From Octopus sinensis (taxonomy: Eukaryota): a stretch of DNA of 64,000 nt. The position numbers and the translations under genes were made by a program. Of the stretch, positions 1-14,020 are shown in pieces. The first letter of the stretch is position 1. Every line of letters begins with the position of its first letter. The DNA is taken from the NCBI RefSeq assembly GCF_006345805.1, contig NC_043000.1, positions 35,836,001 to 35,900,000 on the forward strand, in the 5' to 3' direction. The notes under the pieces are model-generated. The model was not told the origin of the DNA. It saw only the letters and a program-made list of their open reading frames with translations, and searched no databases.

Positions 1-545
1 GACAAACAGGGACAATAAACGGCTAAGTCGATTATATCAACCCCAGTGCGTAACTGGTACTTATTTAATCGACCTCGAAAAGATGAAAGGCAAAGTCGAC
101 CTCGGCGAATTTGAACTTAGAATGTAAAGACAGACGAAATACGTATTTCTTTATTACCCACAAGGGGCTAAACACAAGGGACAAACAAGGCAGATAAACG
201 GGCTAAGTCGATTATATCGACCCCAGTGCGTAACTGGTACTTATTTAATTGACTCTGAAAGGATGAAAGGCAAAGTCGCCTCAGCGGAATTTGAACTCAG
301 AATGTAAACAAGACGAAATACCTATTTCTTTACACCCACAGGGCTAAACACAGAGAGACAAACAAGGACAGATAACGGGCTAAGTCGATTATATCGACCC
401 CAGTGCGTACTGGTACTTATTTAATCGACCTCGAAAAGATGAAAGGCAAAGTCGACCTCGGCGGAATTTGAACTCAGAACGTAACGGCAGACGACATACC
501 GCTAAGCATTTCGCCCGGCATGCTAACGTTTCTGCCAGCTCTTCG
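1..545 (-). mobile_element. tRNA-derived SINE (family B, probably Meta/MESC-type central domain), concatemer of about three ~180-bp bodies behind one head
   Basis: The minus strand reads a head (ctggcagaaacgttagc...), a B box GTTCAAATTC, then gccgaggtcgactttgcctttcatc...gtcgat..aagtaccag repeated three times. It matches the monomer at 40300-40530. Confidence 0.8.
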
Positions 546-1029
546 CCCGGCTTTCGACCGATATTACCAAGCTCCTTTCTTTAGAAGACAACGAAAAAAC
601 AAAAAGAAAAAAAAAAGAAAAAGAAAATGGTAACGGCGGCGAGTAATAACAGCAGACTTAGCTCTGTTGAATGTAAGATCGCTGTACATAGAACATAGAT
701 TAAAAGATTATTATATCCTGTTAGCTTTTGACGTTGATGTTCTTATTCAATTTTAGTTTATTTATAAAGTTTACATTTTCACTGCAATGCAATCTCTTCC
801 TGGCCGCCATCTTAGGTGTTCGTTTTCAATTTCTTTTCAAATTTTTGGTTTTTGCTTTAGTTTTGTTTTTTTTCAAAAAAAACAACAACAACAACAACAA
901 CAATAACAACAACATCAACAACAACTCTGTCTATTTATCAATTTCAATGAAGCGATAATGTAAGGCAGCCATTTTCGTTCATCAATAAGCAGCAATTGTT
1001 TTCCTTAAGTTAAGTGAAAGAAAGGACCG

Positions 1030-1275
1030 ATCATACACACACACACGCGCGCGCGCGCACACACACACACGCGCACACACATACACACACATATTATATA
1101 TATATATACAATATATATATAATATATATAATATATATATATATATATAATATAATATAATATATATATACATATATATATGTGTATGTACATATATATA
1201 TATATATATACATATATATATGCACACATATATAAACATATATACATACATACATGTACGTATATATATATATGT

Positions 1276-1353
<78 letters not shown>

Positions 1354-1788
1354 TATATACATATATATATATGCATGTACATAAATATATGTACATTAAT
1401 ATACACATATATTTATGCATATGCAGATCCTCATTTGTGCATAGTTTTACATTTACACACGCGCACAGGCACATACACACACACATATATGTATACATGA
1501 ATATGTATGCATGTACACATATATCTATGTGAGAATGTATAGGTGTACGAATGCGTAGGCACGCATAATTATATATCCATATATATTAAATTGTGGTCCG
1601 TGGGTGTATGTATGTATGCATGTATGTATGTATGTATATATATATGTATATATATATATATATATTATATATATATATAATATAATATATATATATATAT
1701 ATATATACGTATACAAGCACTCACGCACATACGTATATGTATATGTTATATATACAGATACATCGACTAAAATTTATGCATACATACA

Positions 1789-1831
<43 letters not shown>

Positions 1832-1832
1832 G

Positions 1833-1892
<60 letters not shown>

Positions 1893-1990
1893 ATCAGCCT
1901 GTTCTTTCATTTGACTTTAGCAAAACAACATAAAATATATATCATAAACTAAATCCTTAAACACACATGTTTACACACACACATACACAC
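1030..1990. repeat. Compound (CA)n/(TA)n microsatellite field, representative of dozens across the window
   Basis: Direct inspection. Confidence 0.95.
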
Positions 1991-2599
1991 ACACAGAGTC
2001 ACATACACAGTCACACACACGTGCATAGATTTATAATAACATTATAATTGGCAGATTTTTAGGTTATTGATAAAAATTAAAAAAAGAAAGATCGGTATGC
2101 GAAAGAAATGAAAACGGTATTTATTAAAGAAAACACGAAGAATTGTTTAAGAATAATAAAAAAAAAAAAAAGATGTAATTGAATACAAGAGCACAGTGAA
2201 AGAACCGAGTGTTGCAGAAAAATGATATTTTCGAATGCGCCACAAAAGACGACCTCAAAGCGAATTAGTATGATCGCTAGACGAATAATATTTAATATAA
2301 AACCCATATGATTGATTTGCACATTGAAATTTTGTAGACGGAAACAGATGGCAACTCTGTTGTGAAAAAAGTGTGATGTGAACGCAACAACACACACACA
2401 CAACAAAACTTTCTGGTAAAAAACCACTGATGTTTGTTGATGTGTAAGAATTCTTGTTGAATATGGAAACCTCAACACGATCTTGTAATTCTATTCTGTT
2501 AAGTCTTCCTTGATTAATTTCCTTTGTGATTGTCCTGTTATAACTGTTTTGGTAAAAATGTCAAACTCGTTATCTTCAGTTCGGATTTCGTGTTTATCC

Positions 2600-3027
2600 T
2601 CTTCTATGTTCACGAATGATGGATAATGACCCAAAGAACACGACCGTGGATAGAAGCAGCCGAAATGGGGCTCCTCTGAAGGATTTCTGGAGGAACGTTA
2701 CTCGAAAGGATGCGTAGCTCGGAGATCAGGGAGTTTCTCCACGTCCCAGCTGAGGTCACAGCTCCTGTATTACGGACATTTGATTAGAATGTCGGAAGAA
2801 AGAATTGCAAAACAGAGTCTTCAAACTGAATCAACGAGTGGGAGTCCCAGGGGTGGATCAGAACGAGATGATGGGATAATATCCACGGTGTTATTTGGTC
2901 ATACTTGGAAATCCAGCCGGAAAGTGTAATGACAGTTTCTTCTGATAGTACCCGATGGCAGAGGTACCTGGGGATTCTATCCCTACAACACAGCCAGGAA
3001 TAGTGGACGGAGATAAATGGATGGATG
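2600..3027 (+). mobile_element. RTE-clade LINE 3' remnant (frameshifted)
   Basis: Hand translation gives EAAEMGLL*RISGGTLLERMRSSEIRE...QLLYYGHLIRMSEERIAK...PRG, ending in a ggatggatg tail. Confidence 0.7.
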
Positions 3028-3943
3028 ATTTGTTCTGTTGAATGTTCACTTCGAGTTGCCATGTCATCTATGAGTTGGTCATGTCCAGTGTCATGTTTGA
3101 ATGTAAAAACTATCTTCAACACGGAACAAAGTTATTGTTTTGTGAGGCGGCCAATTGGCAGATTCGTTAGAGAGTCGGGAAAAATACTTTGCGATATTTA
3201 TTCCAGCTCTCTATGCACTGAATTCAAATCCGATCGACGTCAGCTTTGCATTTCATCCTCCTAGGGCGATGAAAATAGAACTAATTCAAGGCAGTGGATT
3301 AGCGAAACTGTTAGAATGTTGAGCGGGATGCCTTGCGGTATTTGTTCTGGCTGTTTCTGAGTTAAAGTTTTGCTTTGGTTTACTTGGGTGGTAGTCTTTA
3401 TCCATCATTCAGTTTATCGCCCTTACCCGGTGCCATGGGTGCCTTTAGCGGACCCCACTCGGTGCAAGTATTTAATCCAGGACACTAATTTGAGGATAAC
3501 TTCTTCGCTCTCTTCGTACCAATATTGGAGGCCCCCTAGAAGGGTTATAAGCAATGCCTTCCCTCCTGACTAAGGAATAAAAGAACATTCTAATCCATGA
3601 TTGTAATTGAAGTAAACTAAAACCGCTATCAAAGAATGCCTGGAACATTTTTAAAATAAAAAAAAAAACTCAATGTGTTCATTTTATTTGAACCAGGATC
3701 CCTCTTCTATCTAGACAGATAAATAAAACGCTTAATGGTACATGGTTGGCACGCGAAGCAGTATTGTGAAATAAACAAACAAACCTTTCGATCAGGTTTC
3801 AGGATATATTTAACCTGTAAAAAAGGCCATTTTCATTTTGCTTTGGTATCTGATACTGATGAGAGAATAAAGCGCACGAAATACCTATATTAGTCCATAG
3901 GAAGCGTTCGAAATGACTTTGATGTTCTACATCTCTTACATAA

Positions 3944-4161
3944 CCCTTCAGCATTCGAATTGCTGTCAAATGTAATGCTTATTGATTTACATTGTTTTGA
4001 ACTAATTATGCATTATGTCACAGCTTCGAGATTTCCACGATGTGATTGTTTATTTTTAGAATAACACTGTAGGCTAGGTGTGAGTGGCCTAAACTGTCCA
4101 GTTTGAATATAAAACAGATAAAATGTTTGGGCCTGATATGTTCGGTTTAAATGCCAAAGGG
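3944..4161. mobile_element. piggyBac-type MITE
   Basis: Termini CCCTTCAGCATT / AATGCCAAAGGG, flanked by ATAA and TTAA. Confidence 0.6.
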
Positions 4162-4514
4162 TTAAAGCGAGAATATTCTCCACGCTAAGCTGCAGGGAAA
4201 ATGTCCCATTTTTTAACAGACCAAATATATCCCAAACGTATTTGAACTGAAAGAAGAGTTTCTTTATTTGAAAGTCCTGCTTTTTAGCATCTTCGTTCTT
4301 TCCTCGAGGTTATCCCAGGAGAAACACACTCTTTGTGAATTCGCTCATCCCTTGATCCGTTATCAGCAAACATGAAGAAAATAGACTTGAGAAAATATAC
4401 AACAGGTGAAGGGCGTGGATGTATGTATGTATGTATGTATGTATGTATGTATGTATGTATGTATGTATGTATGTATGTATGTATGTATGTATGTATATGT
4501 ATGTGTTCGTGTGT

Positions 4515-4745
4515 ATGCGCGCGAGTGTGTGTGTGTGTGCCTGTGTCTACGTTTGTCCCTACCACCGTTTGACAACCGGTGTTGGTGTGTTTACATCCCA
4601 TAAATTAGCGATTCGGTAAAAGTCATCAATAGAATAAGTACCAGGCTTTAAAAAAAATTAGTGCTGGGATCAATTCATTCGATTGAAAAAATTATTCAAA
4701 GCGGTGCCCCAGCATGGTCGCAGCATGAGTGGAAACAAGTAAAAC
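4515..4745 (+). mobile_element. CORE-type SINE (family A), 3' part
   Basis: ttgacaaccggtgttggtgtgtttacatcc...gaataagtaccaggc...cagcatgg matches the 3' half of 62963-63357. Confidence 0.7.
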
Positions 4746-5159
4746 ACAAATGGCTAAAAGGAAACGAGGACAGCAACAGCAATATAAAGTAGAATTTATT
4801 ATCGGCGTTGCACCAGTCTGGCCGTGGCCACCATAGCTCATACATTAGACAACGAAAGAATCAAATTGTAACTTAATGAATTTCTAAATTCCATTAATTT
4901 CTTCAGACCCACTGCAATTTCGCATTGGATTTATTCGATGACACATTCTTCAGAATTTGATTCTATTTTGTGAATATTGAATTAATAGAATCTTGAAACA
5001 GATCGAAAATATGTGAGGACGGATTCGAAGACCTAAAAAAAAAAAAAAAGCTACAAATAACAAAAGAACCAACAGCTTTTTTTAAAATTACTTGCTATGA
5101 TTTCCAACGCACCAAACGCACCCATTACTTTTTCAGGAAAGAATAAATGGTAAAAGACA

Positions 5160-5730
5160 GGCGGAAGAATGGCTATGTGGTTAAGAAACTCGTCCTGCTA
5201 CTAGATTGTCTCGGGTTCAGTCCCACTACGCGGTACCTTGGGCAAGTGCTTTTTACTATGGCCCTGGGTATAGCAATAGAATGCGAATAGAGAAAGACTG
5301 CGGAAGCCGGTCGTATATTTGACATTTACATGTTGCAATCATTACATTGCGACCATGCTGGAGTACCGCCTTCAGTCGAACAATCGATTTCAGCATTTAT
5401 TGTTTTCCCTAAGCTTGGTACTTATGTTATCGGATACTTTCTGACGAACCGCTAAGTTACGGGGACGTAAACAACCAACGATAGTTGCAAAGCGGGGGTG
5501 GTGCGCAAACAGCGGCATACCACCCACCGCTTAGACATATACATATATACACATATGTATACGTATACTATGGGTTACTTTCAGTTTCCGTCTATCAAAA
5601 CTACTCACAAGGTTTTGGTCGACCCGGATCTATAGCAGAAGAGACTTGCCAAGGTGTCACTTTGTGGGAACGAACCTAGAACCATGCGGGTGGGAAGCAA
5701 ACTTCTTACCACAGAGCTACACCTGTGTGT
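5160..5730. mobile_element. Family A SINE copies (+ strand head 5160-5315; - strand copy 5330-5725)
   Basis: tggttaagaa..gggttcagtcccact..ccttgggcaagtg on +, and its reverse complement cttgccaaggtg on -. Confidence 0.65.
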
Positions 5731-5796
5731 GTGTGTGTTGTGTGTGTATCTATCTATCTATCTATCTTCTATCTATCTATATCTATCTATCTATCT

Positions 5797-5829
<33 letters not shown>

Positions 5830-5995
5830 ATATATCTATATATATATATATATTATATATATATAATATATATATATATTATATATATATATATAGGTAA
5901 AACTTGTTTGGAAGAGGATGCGTGACACACACATACACTTACATATATACATACATATATAACGATTGATTTGTTTCAGTTCCTGTCTACGAAAT

Positions 5996-6064
<69 letters not shown>

Positions 6065-6169
6065 TGTATGTATATATATATATATACACACTCACACACA
6101 AAGATAAATTGATAGATACAACTGAGTGGGCAAACAAAAATATGAGACACTGCTTAGTGGTATTTTTAT

Positions 6170-6480
6170 TTTGATAAGCCTGGTACTTATTCTATCAGGT
6201 TCTTCTTTGAAACCAGTAAGTTATGGGGATGTAAATAAGCGAACACTAGTTGTGAAGCAGTAATGAGGGAGAAACACAAAGACACACACACATAGACTTA
6301 CATATATACATACATATATATACAATTGATTTCTTTCAGTTTCTGTCTACAAAATCCACTGACAAGGCTTTGGTTGGTCTGAGGCTATAGCAGAAGACAC
6401 ATGCCAAGTTACCACACAGTGGGACTGAACTGAGGCCATGTGTTTTGGAACCAAGTTTGTTACCACACAGCCACACCTGT
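6170..6480 (-). mobile_element. Family A SINE
   Basis: cagtttctgtctacaaaatccact..aaggctttgg...cagtgggactgaac...accacacagccac. Confidence 0.7.
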
Positions 6481-6841
6481 ACCTATGTGTGTGTGTATGT
6501 GGGTGTGTGTGTGTATGGGTGTATATATGTATGCATGTATATATGTGTATATATATATGTGTACATATTACATGTACATCTCTCTCTCTCTATATATATA
6601 TATACATCTACACATACATGTATACATATACATCTATACCTATACATGTATATATATACAGCTATACATATACATGTATACATATACATGTATATATATA
6701 TACATGTATATATATACATGTATATATATATATATATACATCCATATATATACATGTATATATATATATACATCCATATATATACATCTATATATATACA
6801 TATATATATATATATATTTATATATATGCATCCATATATAT

Positions 6842-7066
6842 CAGGAGTGGGCGAACTTTTTTGATCGCGGGCCGCACTGTGCTTCTTTGGAACCTTGGCG
6901 GGCCTCATTTATAAAAATCAAGTGAAAATATTTTTAAAGGCGGTTATAGACCTATAAACACACAATTGATTGAAAGGAAATTTTGTGAAATATTCCTCTC
7001 GACGGGCCGCATGAAAACCTATGGCGGGCCGCATGCGGCCCGCGGGCCGTAGTTTGCCCACCCCTG
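6842..7066. mobile_element. hAT (Charlie-like) MITE
   Basis: TIRs CAGGAGTGGGCGAACT / AGTTTGCCCACCCCTG, 8-bp ATATATAT on both sides, internal GCGGGCCGC repeats. Confidence 0.85.
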
Positions 7067-7429
7067 ATATATATACATCTATATATATACATCTATATAT
7101 ATATGTATATAATGTAAATTTAAATTTAAAATAATAAGGGTGAAAAATTGAATATTAATTTGATTAATATGAATTGAAAACCAGTGGTGTAGTATATAGG
7201 ACTATAGCGGATCTTCTTCTAGCAAAATGGATGTCCAATGTTAATGGTTCATCCCTGTTGTATAATAGTTTCACTTTAATAGTTTCAGTATTAAAGTGAA
7301 AGTATCTGACATTACAATAGAAAGATGTTTTTGTTTCACTTTTAACATGTAAAACTGAAATAGTGGAGAAGATAGGATATTGCTGTGGGATCGCCATAGG
7401 CAAGAAGTTAAAAATTCTTTGCCCATGAC

Positions 7430-7560
7430 ACTATATGGACCCTAAGTAAGGCATGTGTAAAATTTGAATGAAATTGGTTGTGTAGTTCTCAAGTTTTAGG
7501 ATTTCACACAGACAGACAGACAGTCACACACACATTCTCAGTTTTATATATATATAGATA
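7430..7560 (+). mobile_element. Possible Helitron/Helentron-derived (Lep1/DINE-like) 3' end
   Basis: The layout aaaatttgaatgaaattgg...(acag)n...ttttatatatatagat resembles such ends; recognised by eye only. Confidence 0.35.
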
Positions 7561-8675
7561 TGCATATATACATACATATATGTACATACTTACATCTATA
7601 CGTATATATATATATATATATTATATAATGAATATGTGGACACAAGACGTCATGAAACGTGTACAACAAAAAAGCACGAAGCATGAGTACATAGAACATG
7701 AAATGGGACAAAACAAACATAAACAACGACCCTTCATCAGATATTGGCTATTTGTCTAGTCTCGTATTTCGAGCATTTAACAACAATATATACTTTCGAT
7801 AAAACAGTTGCTGCCGCAAAGCAAACTAAATAAAATTTGAGATTTTGCTGAGGGTCAAAATTGGTAACACAAACAGGACAGTGAAAACAAACAGGAAGGG
7901 CTGCTAAGCCTAAATGAGGTGGTGGTGGCGAACGCGTAAATCGAGCTTGGACAGGAGAACAAACAAGAACATGTCTTCCTTGTTTCAGTTACAACGGAGA
8001 GAAAGAAAGAAAGATGACCGATGGCCACGTGGAGCCACCTGAGCAAGGGAGGTGGAGTGAGGTAGTGAGAATGACAGAGTAATAGGATAGAATAGTGGGA
8101 GAAGAGGAAGTAAAAGAAGAAGAGAGAGGAAAACGAAAGAGTAAAAAGATCGAATAGAGTGCGCATCAGAATTATTAAGATAAAACTTACTTAGAAGTGG
8201 CGTTCAGTCATATAATAATATGAATAATATATATATATATGTATATATACATTAGTATATGTACATAATTACATCTATACGTATACATATATATATGCAT
8301 ATGTGGGCACAGGACGTCATGAAACGTTTACAGCAAAAGAGTACGAAGTACGAGTACCTGGAACATGAACTATTCTTTCTAACAACGAGACACAAATGGA
8401 AAACAAAGCATATATATACACACGCACATCCATACACACACACACACACACACATATACACACCCATCCTGAAACAGTCTCAGATACATCTCCCTACACA
8501 CACACATATACATGTATGTATGTATATATATATATATATATATATATACTTACACATATATTCATTATATAAGGTTTGTATATATATATATATGTATGTG
8601 CAGACTTATACATACATTATATACATGCATATGTATGCATGCATATACATATATGCATTATATATGTATATATCT

Positions 8676-8706
<31 letters not shown>

Positions 8707-8725
8707 ATATATATATATATTATAT

Positions 8726-8801
<76 letters not shown>

Positions 8802-9439
8802 CATACATATACATAGCAAATGTTCCTTTCACACTTTTTTCGAAAACAACATGCATATCTATAGCTACACACATACACACATACACACAAACACACACAT
8901 ATATACGCCGAGACACACTCTCAATTAAGTATGAGCGAACTTGATAGGCATCGTCTCCATTCCTTAAGTGGGCGATTAATTCCTTTCAAGTATTAAGTAG
9001 GTGTGGGGGAGGTGATGTGTTTGCTGGGGGGTGGAGTGGCTCCATTTCTTGAGATAATGGAAAACTATTAAATGGTCACACATACTATTATATTGTTTTG
9101 GTTCGCCAAAGTTTAGAGTTAATGTAGATCTCATTCTGGGTTGATGTTTACCGTTATCTGGGCTGGTGCCATCTGATGCTACCCGACAGAGATAAGTTAT
9201 AAGATAAAATGTGTGGAAGTCAATAAGCGAACTACTTAAGCGAGCTGAAGGCGAAAAAGAAAAAAAAAGAAAGAAAAAAACGAAGAAATTCTGCGTCGTT
9301 TAGTTTTGTATGAAATAACAAAACTGGTTTCTGAACTGAAAGAGATATCTTCATGAATGAAGGGTCCGGTCGTATATGATATCTGTGCGATATGATATCT
9401 GCGATGTAGAGATAATAAAAGAAAACAAAATGATCTACC

Positions 9440-9636
9440 TTGTTTTAGTCACTGGGTCGCGGCTATGCTGGAGTATTGCCTGGAAGGGCTTACTGGAATA
9501 AACCGACTCTAGTATTTATTTTCAGTTTAGTACTTATTGCTTATTCACGGGAGCGTAAACAAACCAGCTTCGGTTGTCTGGCAGTAATAGAGCATAAGCA
9601 CAAGCAATTGCACGCACGCACTAACACACACACACA

Positions 9637-9669
<33 letters not shown>

Positions 9670-9800
9670 CACGACAGGCTTCCACACTGTTTCCGTCTGC
9701 CAAATTACCGTTACAAGGCATCGGTTGGCTCGTGGTTATTGTAGAAGACACTTGCCCAAGGTGCCACACAGTGGAACTGAACCCGAAACCATATGGTTGG
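9440..9800 (-). mobile_element. Family A SINE
   Basis: gtagaagacacttgcccaaggtgccacacagtggaactgaaccc. Confidence 0.7.
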
Positions 9801-10444
9801 AAGTCCAAGTTAGTGTCTTCGACTCAATCGTGACAATAAAAATAATAAATATTAGAGTCAGAAGGTTACGAAGACAAAGGTCGAAGCTGAAGAGAAATAA
9901 CAGAAATGAAATCTTCCAATGAACGCTGTATAATGTTAACTTTGAAAACTTACCGGACTACACTGGATAGAATATGGCAGAAATCTGGATTAACTGTGTC
10001 GTCTCACACCTGAATAACTGAACTGCAAAGTTTAAAAAGGCGAAGGGTTATATTAACTACAGGATTAAGGTGTTAAGCAAGGATATATACCACTGCTTTC
10101 ATTATTTACAGGTTGAAGCAAAATTCCCTGCATATTCTTGACAAACATTTCACCAGCAAATGCATGGTGTGCATCATTCCAAACCATTATGGTAACGACA
10201 AAATGACAGTAAATTATCACCTGTCTAATTTTAACAACGGCTAGAAACTTTAAAAAATTGAATACCGTCAGAAAGAGTGAAATATCATTATTCGGAATGC
10301 GCGGACCAGTCTGGTATCTACCACTTATAAAACACATCTTTTAGGTATAGAAAACGGTAATGATAATAGTAGAGTATCTCCTTTGAGCAACAACAATAAC
10401 ACTAATAGGAAAATATAAGGTCCATTATGACTACATACCTAATA

Positions 10445-10800
10445 AAATGTGTAATTTTAGAAACCATGGCAAATGCCCCTTAGGTAAACAATGTCAGAAG
10501 AATAATTTAATATATAAGTGTTCTAAACGCCTGAAACTGTCTGTTATTACATAGGTGTTATCGCTTCGAAATTCAATATCAGAATATATAACCACATTCA
10601 TTCTTTTAGATACAAAAGAAACCTGCACTTCGTTGGTCAAGTTTATCTGGGACCTCAAAGGAAGAAATGTAAACTACTCTATAGTGGTGCTTTTTCTTAC
10701 AGTAGGATGATTGAAGCTGTAATTTGTGCTTGGAGGAGGCACTGGAAATTTTCATTTGTAAATCCAACTTATAAATCACAGTTCACATTTAACAAAATTC
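10445..10800 (+). pseudogene. Penelope-like element GIY-YIG endonuclease remnant
   Basis: Frameshifted translation CNFRNHGKCPLGKQCQKNNLIYKC...YYIGVIASKFNIRIYNHIHSFRY...KFIWDLK...CNLCLEE. Confidence 0.75.
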
Positions 10801-11616
10801 TTAAAACTTTCATGCAAAAATCGTACATAATTAAGTAGCCAAGCTATGGCTAAGATGATTATCTGCGTTCCGTTCTCGTGGATTCTCTTACCTCTTTTAA
10901 AAATATTCTTTTCCTAACTAATATTTAATCTAATCCCTAGCTATTGGACCTAATTTAATGTAGCTTAATTTTAATGAATTGCATTTATTTAACAGTAGTA
11001 AGTCTAATATTTCTTGACTATATAGATGAACTTTTAACTTAAAAGATATACCTATTATACACCTAGTTGAATTTTCCCCCGTTCTCTCTTCGAATTACTT
11101 TCAACTCTCTCCTCCGTCTTAACTTAAAAATACCACCCCTCCACAAATTAGTACTGCAAAAATATATAATAGTAATTTTTCTTGCTCAGTTTCTCACTGA
11201 CTAGCAGACGCTTATAGTTGATGACATCTTGACCTCCCAGAACTGTAAATTTAGCAAGGAGATAATAAATCAAAGAAGGCAATTTGATAAATCAGTTAAT
11301 CTAAAGTCCCCATGTATTCTTGATATTTATAACTCGAAGACAATACGTCTCACTTACACAAGTACGTTTGTTGTAAACTCTGAAAATTTACCATTATAAC
11401 TGAGGCGATCTAAGGAGAATGGTTGACGGCTAACTGTTCCATTAATTAACTGATCAATCATGCATACAAATCATTGTATAACGGCGAAATAGTCCCTCTA
11501 GAAATTTGAAACGATCCGAACATTGAATAAAGTTATGTAAAAACAATCTTCATTTTCATTTTTCTGTCTGATTGTCACACACACACACATGTAAACACAC
11601 ACACATACATACATGC

Positions 11617-11676
<60 letters not shown>

Positions 11677-11703
11677 TATATATAGATAGATATATATATA
11701 CAT

Positions 11704-11743
<40 letters not shown>

Positions 11744-11985
11744 TGAGTTGAATTGAGCAAACACTATATGAGAGAGATTTTCTTTAAGTATTAGAAATAG
11801 TTTTAAAAAAGTTTTTTAGCTACTATTTCTAATGAGTTCAGTATGTGGCAAAGTAATTTATTTTACTAAGCCCTTTTATATAATATACATATACATATAT
11901 ATATATAGTGAATCCAAACAAAGAACAAATATGAAAAACAACAAGTAATGTATTATCAGACGCCCAGGAAGGGAAAGGAATGAGG

Positions 11986-12020
11986 ATTTAACGTTTCGAG
12001 CAAAGCTCTTCTTCAGAAAT
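11986..12020 (-). ncRNA. Minimal type I hammerhead ribozyme in a pseudo-LTR-like repeat
   Basis: AUUU-CUGAAGA-A-GAGC uuu GCUC-GAAAC-GUU-AAAU. Confidence 0.65.
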
Positions 12021-12785
12021 AGAGGAAAGTCCAAAAGAAAGGAAGACGGAGGAAGAAAATCGCCAACGATTCGCACGTGGTTACATTTTGAAATGACCGA
12101 AAGGGAGTGGGTGAAGAAAGAAGTTCTTTCTAAGACAGGAGAGTACAAGAGAAGGAGGTATGTGTGTGTATGTTTAGGTGTATGCGTGCGCGCAGGTCTG
12201 TATGTGTGTGTTATAATAGTACGTATGTGTGCGTATGTGCGTGTGTGTGTGTGGTTTTGGCTGTTTATATGTGTGTGTGTGAGTGGACTTTTTATCACTT
12301 AATGCCGTAGGAAGAATTTATAGTAGGAGTGGCTGTCTTTTGTGTACGTGTCTCTTCACATGTGCGTAGGAGAATGGTTGGTAGAAAGGTGTTTAACTGG
12401 TAGTTTGAAGTATGTGTGTGTGCGTGTATGTATATGTTGTGTGTGTGTGTGTGTGTTTTGTGTGCAGTGTGTGCCTGTGTCTGTATGTGCGTGTATATGT
12501 GTGGTATGTGCGTGTACGTAAGGTTGCGTCTGTGGAATAAATGTTACACTGTGTGTGTGTGCGTGTGTGTGTATGTCCATGTATGTATGAGTGTGTAGGA
12601 GGTATGTGTGGGTTCATTTGCGTGTACGAATGTGTGTCTTTGTGTGTGCATGTGCATATATGTGTGTGCATGTGTATATTGTGTGCGTGCATGTGTATGC
12701 GTGTGTATATTGTGTGCGTGCATGTGTATGCGTGTGTATATTGTGTGCGTGCATGTGTGTGTGTGTGCAATATATACATATATAC

Positions 12786-13530
12786 TCACGAGGGACGAGG
12801 GGGACATTGGAAAGTCCTGGTTTTGGGTAAAAGAAAGTATTAGAGGACCAGTTAATTATAATTTAATTCAACGTGTTCTCTCAGATTGGGGGCATGACGC
12901 TGCGGTAAGAACAGTGGCCCAGCAACAAAATTTGTTAAGGGGTGCAAACCCAGGTCCTCATTTTTTTATGAAAAATGTGGATTTTTTCCAATGTTAACAT
13001 TAAAACAAATGCAGGTATAATAATAATTTTTATTATTATGAGGGTCGACTGAAATGTTCATAATCTGAGCAAGACACTCTCAATGGAATGTGACCAAATG
13101 AAGTTCATTTTCTAACATAGTTCCTCTTACTGTCCACACACTTCCATAAGTAGTTGCAGTGCTTGGATTGCACTGTTGATCAAAATGGTCATCAACAACC
13201 GATAAGATGTTCTCATCATAGTGATACTGGTGCTCAGCTGAGTGTTTTACTATGTTGGGAAACAGATGATAACCTGATGGAACCAAATCACTAACATAGG
13301 GAGGGGTGATCAACCAGTTCAAAGCCAGTCACACACAGCAGCCATTGAAACCAAGGACGTCTGTGCTGAAGCATTGTCCTAATGAAACAAGACCCATTCA
13401 CCAGTTTTTTCGGGTGTTTGGTCTTGATAGCCTTTCATAACTGCCTTAGGAAGTTGGCATATAAATTTTCCATTGATGGTGTGATCATTTCGAAGATGGT
13501 CAATAAATACAATATTTTTTGCATTAACAT
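12786..13530 (-). mobile_element. Degenerate mariner remnants (two TIR-like ends plus transposase C-terminus)
   Basis: ORF 13080-13322 PPYVSDLVPSGYHLFP resembles the YSPDLAPSDYHLF motif. TIR-like starts acgaggg/atgaggg lie near 12789 and 13038. Confidence 0.7.
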
Positions 13531-13834
13531 ATAGTATATGTACTAATGTGAAGTGTATTTTGCATATTAAAATGCTTAATTTTGGAAATATATCAAGCAG
13601 AGCAAACATAAGCAGTAAAAATACAAATTGCAAGTATTTCAAAATGTGGGACACTACATGACAAAAACTAACAAAAAAAGGGAAGAAAATAGGGGTGCTT
13701 GTGTTCCAAAGGTACAATGAGAAGGCTCATGAGAAGGATAGAGAGATGGAGTAGAGGGAAGGAAGTTAGAAGGAAAGAAAATAATGAAAAGTGAAAAGAT
13801 AAATTGGGGATCTGAAATGAATACTAGGCAAGAG

Positions 13835-14020
13835 ATTGGCCCCTGTGCCAGTGGACGTAGAAAAAGCACCCACTACACTCTCGGAGTGGTTGGCGTTAGG
13901 AATGGCATCCAGCTGTAGAAACACTGCCAGATCAGACTGGAGCCTGGTGCAGCCTCCTGGCTTCCCAGTCCCCATTCGAACCGTTCATCCTATGGAAAAT
14001 GAACATTAAACATATGATGT
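13835..14020 (+). mobile_element. SINE-like 3' fragment
   Basis: The block gagtggttggcgttaggaatggcatccagctgtagaaac, ending in a tgatg tail. Confidence 0.45.

Noticed and set aside
7725-7780. Type II hammerhead on the minus strand (GAAA...CUGAUGA)
   Set aside because: Stems I and III cannot be paired
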